64,000 nucleotides of DNA from a virus (taxonomy: Duplodnaviria; Caudoviricetes), in the IMG/VR virus record IMGVR_UViG_3300008262_000055. One strand, 5' to 3'. The translations under genes and the position numbers were made by a program. The first letter of the stretch is position 1; every line of letters starts with the position of its first letter. Under the pieces are notes generated by a model. That model did not search any database. It was not told the origin of the DNA and worked only from the letters and a program-made list of their open reading frames with translations. Shown here one piece after another: positions 1 to 7,823 of this stretch.

Positions 1-15
1 ATATTAGTTCTCCTT
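1..15 (-). promoter_or_regulatory. Shine-Dalgarno site and probable start of the next gene (likely major capsid protein, outside window)
   Basis: Minus strand reads AAGGAG (15-10) AACTAAT AT|, so an ATG would begin at position 2. In T4-like gene order the major capsid gene follows the scaffold gene. Confidence 0.55.
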
Positions 16-1105
16 AAACTTTAAGTCCCGCGAGCTTGCGGATATGTATAATATCAGCAGTATTTTCCTGACTGCTGATTTGAGTTGCCTCTTTATTGCC
101 TGTCACTTCCTTGCCTTCTGTTAGTGCCTTCTTTTTAGGAGCCTCGCCGGCCATAACGGCTGGGAGATATTTGTCAAATGCCGTATTCAACTTTTCAGTC
201 TGTACAGACTCAAGAAGTTGACTCATAACTGTTTTCTTATCTCCAGTTAACGGATTTAACAATTCGCTCATGATCTTTTCACGCTGAGCCATGCCTTTTA
301 CAACACGGATTTCGCGATCCTTAGATTCTACGATCTGTTCCTTTTCTTGAATTGCCTTAACGGCTTCTTCAAGTTCTGCTTCTTTTTGCTCAACTACTTT
401 TAATAGTTTAGCAGTTTCGCTTTTCTCATTGAGATGGCTCGAAGCATATTCGCTTGCGAAGCTTTCAAAAATTCTGCGACCAAAATCATTCTTACGAGCA
501 GCTTCGATGTCTTCTTTAAGTTGTGTCATTTCTGCTGTTAACTTAGTGATAACAACGTTCTCGACTAGCTTAGAAGCCTTAGCAATAAATTCTGTTTTGA
601 CAGCATTGAATTTTTCTTTGCTCTCACGTACAAGTTTAACCTTGGTATCAACAAGGTCTTTCTTATCAGTGTGGAACTCAGAAATTTCTTTAGCTAGAGC
701 ATTTACAATGAAACTCTCTAATTTAGAAACATTCTCTGCTACAGATTTACGATCTTCGTGTAGTTCTTTTAATTCTGCCGCTAATTGACGTAGAACAAAT
801 TCCTTCATTTTCTCGGAATCGTCTTTCATCTTTTTAGCATATTTGGTTTTAGCTTCGATAAGTTGATTACGATCTTCGGCAAGCTCAGCAAGCTCAGCTT
901 GTAGACGATCACCAACCATTTTATCAACGGCTTCTACCATGGCAGTTTTATCATGTTCGTATTTTTCTGCGAATTCTTCACGAAGTTCTGCTGTCATTTG
1001 ATCACGGGTTTCTTGAATTCTGCTGTTCCAAGCGGATTCAATTTCCGATTTGATTTCTTCGGAAATCACATTGTTTTCAAATAATTGCTTAACGATGTCT
1101 AGCAT
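14..1105 (-). CDS. Prohead core/scaffolding protein (T4 gp22-like)
   Basis: 363 aa, long charged coiled coil rich in E/K/A, immediately downstream of the prohead protease. Confidence 0.75.
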   Translation of the reverse strand: MLDIVKQLFENNVISEEIKSEIESAWNSRIQETRDQMTAELREEFAEKYEHDKTAMVEAVDKMVGDRLQAELAELAEDRNQLIEAKTKYAKKMKDDSEKMKEFVLRQLAAELKELHEDRKSVAENVSKLESFIVNALAKEISEFHTDKKDLVDTKVKLVRESKEKFNAVKTEFIAKASKLVENVVITKLTAEMTQLKEDIEAARKNDFGRRIFESFASEYASSHLNEKSETAKLLKVVEQKEAELEEAVKAIQEKEQIVESKDREIRVVKGMAQREKIMSELLNPLTGDKKTVMSQLLESVQTEKLNTAFDKYLPAVMAGEAPKKKALTEGKEVTGNKEATQISSQENTADIIHIRKLAGLKV

Positions 1106-1120
1106 GTGATTCTCCTACTG

Positions 1121-1750
1121 TTATTTGAGTCCTGAAATAATCTTTTTCAGGCTCTCTGCTATGTATTGCTGTGCCTTTGGATCGCCTTGTACTTCCCTTG
1201 CTATTTTAAATGCCTTGTAACCACCTGCTTGATTCATCAAGTGTTCATAAACTGGTGTTGGATAAGCACCAGGAGCTGAAGGTTGAGCAACAACGTCAAC
1301 GGTAATAATTTCAAAACCTTTGACTTTGCCGTCTCCATCAACATCACCGGAACCCCTCGAACTTACGCCTAATTTTACTCCGCTCTCCAACATGGTTTGA
1401 ATTAATTGTCCCATAGGAGTAGGAAGTAGTTTTAATTTTCCGTAACCATTTGGACCGTCCATCCACATTTTTGTAATCATGTGACTGACACGGTCTAGGT
1501 TGATACGTAGGTCTTCGGGGTGATCTACTTCTCCGAGAACTGAATAACCGCCCGCAATTTGATCATTGACAGTTTTGACAGCCCTAGCGATTTCAGAGGA
1601 GGGGTAAACTCTCTGATTTTGGTTTCTAATATCGCCTTGGATACAGATACCATTCAGATGTAGAGTTTTACCGCCCTTATCATCTTCGGTACTTTCAAGG
1701 ACCAGCTGTGCTTGGTCGAAACTCAGATTTTCTCTTAGATAGTTTTTCAC
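1121..1750 (-). CDS. gp21: Prohead maturation protease (T4 gp21-like)
   Basis: Motifs GICIQGDIRNQNQRVY, LGEVDHP, RVSHMIT, GVSSRGSG, DVVAQPSAPGAY; GTG start. Confidence 0.92.
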   Translation of the reverse strand: MKNYLRENLSFDQAQLVLESTEDDKGGKTLHLNGICIQGDIRNQNQRVYPSSEIARAVKTVNDQIAGGYSVLGEVDHPEDLRINLDRVSHMITKMWMDGPNGYGKLKLLPTPMGQLIQTMLESGVKLGVSSRGSGDVDGDGKVKGFEIITVDVVAQPSAPGAYPTPVYEHLMNQAGGYKAFKIAREVQGDPKAQQYIAESLKKIISGLK

Positions 1751-1764
1751 CTAGATCGTTCCGA

Positions 1765-2652
1765 TTATCTGCTACCGCGGATGATTGATGTAGCATCTAC
1801 ACCACTTTCAGCAGTACCTTTCTTTTCAGCTCCATGTCCTTGGCTATTCTTGCTATAGAATGCTTTGGCGTTGGTGCCTCCAACTACGTTAACATTACCG
1901 GTATTCATATCTTGTGGCTTTTGCTTTGTTAGGCCGTTACCCTTAATGGTACCGCCAGCTCCAGCGTAAGATGGGCTATCTTCTTTGCTAGAAAGAATGT
2001 TAGCAGTTGTACCGCCCATGTCGTTTTTACCTGCTACTGATGACTTTGTATTGTCAGCTTTTTCAGCAGCACCTTTCTTTTCAGCACCGTGACCTGCTGG
2101 AACTTTCTCAACATATTCACGTACTGTTTCTAGATCAAATTCATCTTTCATCATGCCTGGCATGTTGTCCATGTCCATGTCGCTTGGACCGCCCATGTTA
2201 TCAGCATCTGGCTCAGCATGGTCACCGCCGGCATATTTTGCGAAAGCAGCTTCTAGTTCGTCAACGATGTCTTTTAGATCGCCTTTAGTAGCTGGCTCAT
2301 CGTCCTCGCCTTCTTCTTCACCTTCTTCGCCACCAAACTCTTCTTCGTCTTCTTCACCTTCACCCGGTGCTGCGATGTCTGTTTCGAGGTCGCCAGTTTC
2401 ATCATCGCCTTCTGCGGTGATGTCTTCAAAATTTTCGTCTAGATCGTCTTCGTTTGTTTCGTCTAGATCTTCGTCTGCTGTTTCGTCTAGATCTTCATCT
2501 TTGACTTCTTCGTCGATTTCAGAATCGATAAGATTTTCATAAATTTCACGGGATTTACCAACTACGTACTCGTGAAACATTTCTTCTGCTTTTTGTTGTT
2601 CGTTGTTCAGCAAGTGTTCTAACACTGCTGCGATTTGATTTTTATCTGCCAT
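1765..2652 (-). CDS. Acidic prohead core/internal head protein
   Basis: 295 aa, D/E-rich N-terminal half and low-complexity G/K/A C-terminal half; lies between portal and protease like T4 gp67/gp68. Confidence 0.55.
   Translation of the reverse strand: MADKNQIAAVLEHLLNNEQQKAEEMFHEYVVGKSREIYENLIDSEIDEEVKDEDLDETADEDLDETNEDDLDENFEDITAEGDDETGDLETDIAAPGEGEEDEEEFGGEEGEEEGEDDEPATKGDLKDIVDELEAAFAKYAGGDHAEPDADNMGGPSDMDMDNMPGMMKDEFDLETVREYVEKVPAGHGAEKKGAAEKADNTKSSVAGKNDMGGTTANILSSKEDSPSYAGAGGTIKGNGLTKQKPQDMNTGNVNVVGGTNAKAFYSKNSQGHGAEKKGTAESGVDATSIIRGSR
2433..2500. repeat. 24-nt period coding tandem repeat (DEDLDE, about 3 copies)
   Basis: tttcgtctagatc at 2433, 2457 and 2481. Confidence 0.85.
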
Positions 2653-2687
2653 GATTTTTCCTCCAAAATGGTTAGGCTGTCAAGTTA

Positions 2688-2694
2688 TATTTAA
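2688..2694 (-). promoter_or_regulatory. Late promoter-like box (TTAAATA variant)
   Basis: TAAATA core upstream of 1765..2652; degenerate. Confidence 0.4.
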
Positions 2695-2744
2695 CTATTA
2701 ATATAAAGATCGGGATTAAATGGTACTTTTTTGATGAATTTTGA

Positions 2745-3377
2745 TCATTTAAATATCGCCTTATGTAGATCTTTTTTCAATTCATCATAAGTTACGTGAC
2801 TGAAATTTTCTGTTATACCTGCTAGTATAGGAGGTATAAAATCTTTTTTATCTTCTACTATTCGATAGTATTTAATTTTTCTAAACTCTCTTATGACTTT
2901 TTCGGTCTGATTTACCCAATTTCCAAAATAAGTTGCTGGTTCGTAGCTGCGTCTATAGTTAGGAGTGTCGGCATATACATTGTTTAATTTGCCTTCAGAT
3001 CCTTGGAAATCAAAACCAGAAATATAAATTTCATCATAGCCATGTGTACTAGCTAACCACAATGCTGTAGGTCCAGAACTCCATCCTTTGTGCGGATTAA
3101 AGAACTGAAATCCTTCTAATTTTAATACATTTTTGTTAGGGTTAGTCCACACCTGTTTGCCAAATTGCCAACGAGAATTGGCAATTTCTCTTACCATTTT
3201 CTCATCTACTGCTATAAGAAAATCCGGCTCATACTCTCTATAAAGAGCGTTACACCCGTAGATTTTTCCGTATTTTTTTAGTTCTGGAAGGTTGAGTCGC
3301 AGCCTACTACGGCCGTTGCCTAGCACAAATGCGACACGTTTAGGCTGGTTGTTCTTCTGCGTTTGGTGGCTGTCCAT
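2745..3377 (-). CDS. DUF115/MptE-like or sugar-transferase-like Rossmann-fold protein
   Basis: AFVLGNGRSR, IYGCNALYR, PDFLIAVD, WSSGPTALWLA, YISGFD motifs typical of the MAF/DUF115 family. The real start may lie a few codons inside the called ORF. Confidence 0.55.
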   Translation of the reverse strand: MDSHQTQKNNQPKRVAFVLGNGRSRLRLNLPELKKYGKIYGCNALYREYEPDFLIAVDEKMVREIANSRWQFGKQVWTNPNKNVLKLEGFQFFNPHKGWSSGPTALWLASTHGYDEIYISGFDFQGSEGKLNNVYADTPNYRRSYEPATYFGNWVNQTEKVIREFRKIKYYRIVEDKKDFIPPILAGITENFSHVTYDELKKDLHKAIFK

Positions 3378-3588
3378 ACATCTGCTGTATAAATTCTAGT
3401 TCCGCAGCCTGCTCAAACTCATGTGCTTCACTTTGTTTTCTTAATTGATTAATTTGTCGTAGAGTAAGAGACATTTTTCGTGTGTCATCTTTGTCAAGGA
3501 CAGACTTGTCACGCTGATTTTCGTAGCGTTTGTCGTCTACGTACTCAGCTTGTTTATCGTTAAAATAGAAAAATTCTAGAAGCTTCAT
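3340..3588 (-). CDS. Small head-module protein
   Basis: 82 aa between portal and core genes, with its own AATAAATA box. Confidence 0.7.
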   Translation of the reverse strand: MKLLEFFYFNDKQAEYVDDKRYENQRDKSVLDKDDTRKMSLTLRQINQLRKQSEAHEFEQAAELEFIQQMYGQPPNAEEQPA

Positions 3589-3593
3589 TCTAA

Positions 3594-3601
3594 TATTTAT
3601 T
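3594..3601 (-). promoter_or_regulatory. T4-type late promoter (AATAAATA)
   Basis: Ends 5 nt before the ATG at 3588. Confidence 0.55.
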
Positions 3602-5318
3602 AGATTGCCGTCGGAGTTGTCGGCGTTGCTGCAGCTGTGTCCCCACCTTCTGGGGCTGGATTTTCAGCTTGAGCGGCTAAATCATCTGGTGCTTCTTGAT
3701 CTTGTGCCTCCATATCTGCTGATATTCCACCGGGTGTTACACCTACTGATCTCATTTCGCTTGCTGCATTCATTGCGGCTGATACCAGCGTTCCGTTTTC
3801 TTCTTTCCACATACGCTCGTTTTCTGTAATTTCTTCTTGACTTAATCCTAAGAAGCGTTTTAGAGCAAAGCGTTTACTCATAAAAGGAACTTCCTGTAGT
3901 GCTGCGAATGTCTGTACTCGAGCATTATCAAGTTCACTCTGACGATAGGCCGCAAAGTTTTGCGGAGGATTAAACTTTAATTCAAATAAACTGTTGTCAA
4001 TATTAATGCCAGTATCGATCAACCATGTTTTAAATTCTAAATCGAATTCTTCAATTAAATTTGTCTGTAAACGTTTACAGTATTCATTAAAACGTAGCTC
4101 TTGGATGTAGGCTGTGCCTACTTTTCCGTCTGTGAATGCTGCTTGGCTATCGTCAGGCATTGTAGGAAGATAGCTGCTAGGAATACGTAACGCACGGAAT
4201 AATTTATTAGTGAAATAACGTAAGTCGTCGATTTCACCTAGGTTAGTACCGCCTGGTAAAGTGTCGACTTTTGATCCGCGGCCTTCTGCTGTCTGCGGGA
4301 AAAAGTAATCTTCTGATATGCTTAATGGATTATAACTAGCATCGATCATATTAGCACCGCCGCCAGACTGACTAGGTATGCGTCTTTGATTAATTTCGTT
4401 TTTAACACGTTCTACAAAGCTCATAGCCATGTGTGCTGGCATGTTACCAACGTCAATATAGAACACTCTGCGTTCTGGAGCACGTTGTACACGATAGATA
4501 ATAATAGCGTCTTCAAGCAGTTCTTTCTGCTTGTAGACTTTGAATACTGATTCTAATAATGAATTGCCGAACGGATAGTTATTGTCTAACCCTTCTGACA
4601 AACTCAAATGTACAATATGTTTAGCATCAATGGCTAGTTCTTCTTGAGTAGTACTAAACCTAGTACCTGTCTGTGTAGGTGCTGTGCCTACCATACCTCG
4701 CCCAAAAGATCCGCCACTGACATATGAAGCAGAACCTGCTGGAGTTTTATTTGTATTATTCAGTAATGAAGTTGCTACTAGATTTCTAAAATTGAAATTC
4801 ATATCACGAACTACATACTGCTCGGGCTTTTTACCTTCAGATTCGTTGACTATAATTTTTACTAGTTTAGCAGGATCGACATAATGAAGTTTTTGTGTTT
4901 CTGGATCTCTAATAAAAAACGAATCGCCGTATTTGAAAACGTTACGCACAATGCGGAACATACGTGTTTCAAATTGTTGGAACTTATGCCACTTCTGTAA
5001 TCCATCTTTAAGGATTTTAACTTCTGTAGCTGTTGGTTGTCCTTTGAAATTAATTTGGAAAGCTGTGTTGTTTTCTCTGTTAGTTTGTGTACAGAATTCT
5101 GCTAGGATGTCTAGGGCAGCATTAACTTCTGAATCCATGTCCATAGTTTCATACTGCATGTATCGTTCTACACGATTTGGAGTACCAGCATATACATCAG
5201 GTAAAAAACTAGAATAGTTTGAGCGTGCCGGGCCTGGTCTAGAACCATTCCCTAATGGGCTCATGGATCCTGCTTGTTTAGCTACAGGTACAGGCGTAAA
5301 ATATTTTTTCCAACTCAA
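3600..5318 (-). CDS. gp20: Portal protein (T4 gp20-like)
   Basis: Motifs EVNAALD, LEDAIIIYRVQRAPERRVFYIDVGNMP, EDYFFP, GRGSKVDTLPGG, YFTNKLFRALRIP. TTG start with GGAG at 5325-5328. Confidence 0.95.
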   Translation of the reverse strand: MSWKKYFTPVPVAKQAGSMSPLGNGSRPGPARSNYSSFLPDVYAGTPNRVERYMQYETMDMDSEVNAALDILAEFCTQTNRENNTAFQINFKGQPTATEVKILKDGLQKWHKFQQFETRMFRIVRNVFKYGDSFFIRDPETQKLHYVDPAKLVKIIVNESEGKKPEQYVVRDMNFNFRNLVATSLLNNTNKTPAGSASYVSGGSFGRGMVGTAPTQTGTRFSTTQEELAIDAKHIVHLSLSEGLDNNYPFGNSLLESVFKVYKQKELLEDAIIIYRVQRAPERRVFYIDVGNMPAHMAMSFVERVKNEINQRRIPSQSGGGANMIDASYNPLSISEDYFFPQTAEGRGSKVDTLPGGTNLGEIDDLRYFTNKLFRALRIPSSYLPTMPDDSQAAFTDGKVGTAYIQELRFNEYCKRLQTNLIEEFDLEFKTWLIDTGINIDNSLFELKFNPPQNFAAYRQSELDNARVQTFAALQEVPFMSKRFALKRFLGLSQEEITENERMWKEENGTLVSAAMNAASEMRSVGVTPGGISADMEAQDQEAPDDLAAQAENPAPEGGDTAAATPTTPTAI

Positions 5319-5339
5319 TTTATTCTCCAGTGCTTGACC

Positions 5340-7823
5340 TTAGGTCATAGCTAACAGTTTAGAACGCTCTAATCCAACATCTTGTTTTGCTACATCAATC
5401 ATGCGATTAATATTACTATTTAAACGTTTTACTACATCTCTCATCGAGATCTGAGCACTTGTATTGATCACATTTTGAAGTTGTCCTGGTGATACTACTG
5501 CTTCTTTTCCGTGAAGCGTGGCCATTGTACCGCGTTTAAAGTTTCCAAACAATCCTCCAAGGGTTCCAAGAGTACCAGTATTCATACCCATATAAGTTGA
5601 AGGATATTCTTTGCGTAACCTTTCTACTTCATCAGCATACTCTTTTCTCTCCATAATCCTTTGAATTTTAGGGAGATTTCTATTTTTTGTTTGGGCAAAC
5701 AAAGCAGGATCAAACATTACTTGTCTTAAAGGATTTAGGTTTGTGCCTATTCCACGGATGCCTTTGTTTAAAAGATTAGCCACTGCTTCTCTTTGTAACA
5801 GCGTTAACCCTCCAAATTGATCTCTATCGTCTGGCATCGAAGCACCTGCCTGTGCTTTACGTTCTCTAAGTGCTAGAATTGCTGCGGTAAGAGCAGCATC
5901 TGTAACTCGACTGCCGCTGCCTCCTTCATAAGTGCTGTCGTAAGATCTAAAACGTCCATCTGAGCCTCTTAATAAATCTCTAATATAATATGTTTTGCCA
6001 TCTATAACAACTTTTTCATCTTCTGGACTTACCGGCATCCTTCTTTCTTCTTTAGGCAAAATTAACTGGTCTCTATTTTCTCTGGCAAATCTAAGCCTAG
6101 CTTCAGCTTCTGCCGCCATCCGATCAAGGTCTGGACCAATTCCTATTTTTGCTAACCACTTTGCTGCACCTTCAACATTAAATGTTGAATATATTGCTTT
6201 TCGCATGTACATATGAAAATATATAATGGCCGCTTCAAACATGCTTTCAAATATATTTTTCATGTATACAAGCGTGTCATCATCTGTGAGATTTGCAAAA
6301 AAGTTTTTTACATACGGTAACGCATCATTAGCTAATTGTATTAGATATTTGCTAAACGCTCTTAGTTGGTCGGGTATCATAGCTATTTTAAATTCTTTGG
6401 CTAGTTCTTTCATGATAGGAAAGAATCCTTTTAATAGTGCTCGATAGACACGATATACCGATCTTTGAAATTTTCTTAGAGTATCTGTAAACGCATCTGT
6501 TTTTCCTTGCTCTTTTTTAGCTGCTTCAACCATCTTAACAAATTGACCTTCCATGTCTTTGCTTAGACCGCCTTGTTTAATCATAAATTCCATTGCTGGT
6601 GTAAGAGCCTTAACTAGCTTTTTAGAACTTTCATTTCCCGATACTGAACCTTTTATTATACCTTCCAAATCTTTCATAGCTTCTTTAGAATTAGCTAATT
6701 GACTGCCTATGGTATTATTAACATAATCTTCAAATACTTTAGGACTAACACTGGTGTCTTTGGCCATTTTAATAATAGTATCCATAGACCTTTCAAAACT
6801 TGGCCCTAACGCATACTGTAATGCTATTACAGTATCATTGATAGATTGAACACCTAATTCTCTAGATTTAAATAATTCTGCTCCTTGAGCACCAAATACC
6901 ATAGAAAAACTCTGTAAAGCTGTTTCCATCCTAGCCTGCTGAGCAGGTAATAATTTTCCAACTTTTAGTTTATATGATAGGTCTTGGTTAGCTGCCGCTG
7001 CGGCTTCTTGACGCTGCTCTTTACCCATGCCTGTTATTTTTTGAAAAGCATCTATTTGACTAGCGTATTGTAAAAATTCGTTGCTAGTGCTATTAAGATT
7101 GTTTTCTGTTACAGCTTTTCCTCTTCTAGTTGCAGCATAGAATTCTAATAGTAAATCATTTTGTTGATATGTGTTATATCCCCATCGATCTAATATATCT
7201 GACACTCGATCAGAATCCATAAACATAGCAGCAGATAATTTTCGTAAATTATCTATACCGGTAGTCATTGTACCTCCGCCTAACGATACTAACGTTTCTG
7301 CGTTACTTCCAACCAACGATACAAGCTCGTCAGTAGACAATCCCATATCTAAAGCAGTTTCTTTAAATTTAAAAATACTATAATTAAATGTTGCTCCGTG
7401 TTTGTTTGCTTCTCGCAGCCCGTCGTTCCAAGATTCTAAAGCCACTATAGTTTCTGTTACAATGCCGGCAAGATCACCTAAAGTGTCTCCCACAACTGGA
7501 AGTTTTTTAATTAAATCATCTTGTATAAATTTTCCGTAAGCACTGAGTTTATCTTCACCCCTAGCTATCATAGAGATAAAATTCTTACCAGCACTAACTG
7601 TATTTGATAGTCCGGCAGTTAATGTAGTAAAACTTTTTTTTAGTAATTTAAGTGATGTACCAGCAGCACCAGCTTCGTCAGATACGTCGTCGCCGCCTCT
7701 ATTATTGTTAGAGTTATCTTTATAGTATCTAACAATTTCTTGAAGCGTGGTTTCGGACGCAGCGTTGTTAATTACTCCGCTACCTAATTTTGAACTAAAG
7801 TATTCTACAGTATTTTTAGCCAT
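5340..7823 (-). CDS. Tape-measure-like protein B
   Basis: 827 aa, mostly helical; paralog of 7823..10411; C-terminal GTLG..F..F..GT..LHGKEAVV motif. Confidence 0.7.
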   Translation of the reverse strand: MAKNTVEYFSSKLGSGVINNAASETTLQEIVRYYKDNSNNNRGGDDVSDEAGAAGTSLKLLKKSFTTLTAGLSNTVSAGKNFISMIARGEDKLSAYGKFIQDDLIKKLPVVGDTLGDLAGIVTETIVALESWNDGLREANKHGATFNYSIFKFKETALDMGLSTDELVSLVGSNAETLVSLGGGTMTTGIDNLRKLSAAMFMDSDRVSDILDRWGYNTYQQNDLLLEFYAATRRGKAVTENNLNSTSNEFLQYASQIDAFQKITGMGKEQRQEAAAAANQDLSYKLKVGKLLPAQQARMETALQSFSMVFGAQGAELFKSRELGVQSINDTVIALQYALGPSFERSMDTIIKMAKDTSVSPKVFEDYVNNTIGSQLANSKEAMKDLEGIIKGSVSGNESSKKLVKALTPAMEFMIKQGGLSKDMEGQFVKMVEAAKKEQGKTDAFTDTLRKFQRSVYRVYRALLKGFFPIMKELAKEFKIAMIPDQLRAFSKYLIQLANDALPYVKNFFANLTDDDTLVYMKNIFESMFEAAIIYFHMYMRKAIYSTFNVEGAAKWLAKIGIGPDLDRMAAEAEARLRFARENRDQLILPKEERRMPVSPEDEKVVIDGKTYYIRDLLRGSDGRFRSYDSTYEGGSGSRVTDAALTAAILALRERKAQAGASMPDDRDQFGGLTLLQREAVANLLNKGIRGIGTNLNPLRQVMFDPALFAQTKNRNLPKIQRIMERKEYADEVERLRKEYPSTYMGMNTGTLGTLGGLFGNFKRGTMATLHGKEAVVSPGQLQNVINTSAQISMRDVVKRLNSNINRMIDVAKQDVGLERSKLLAMT

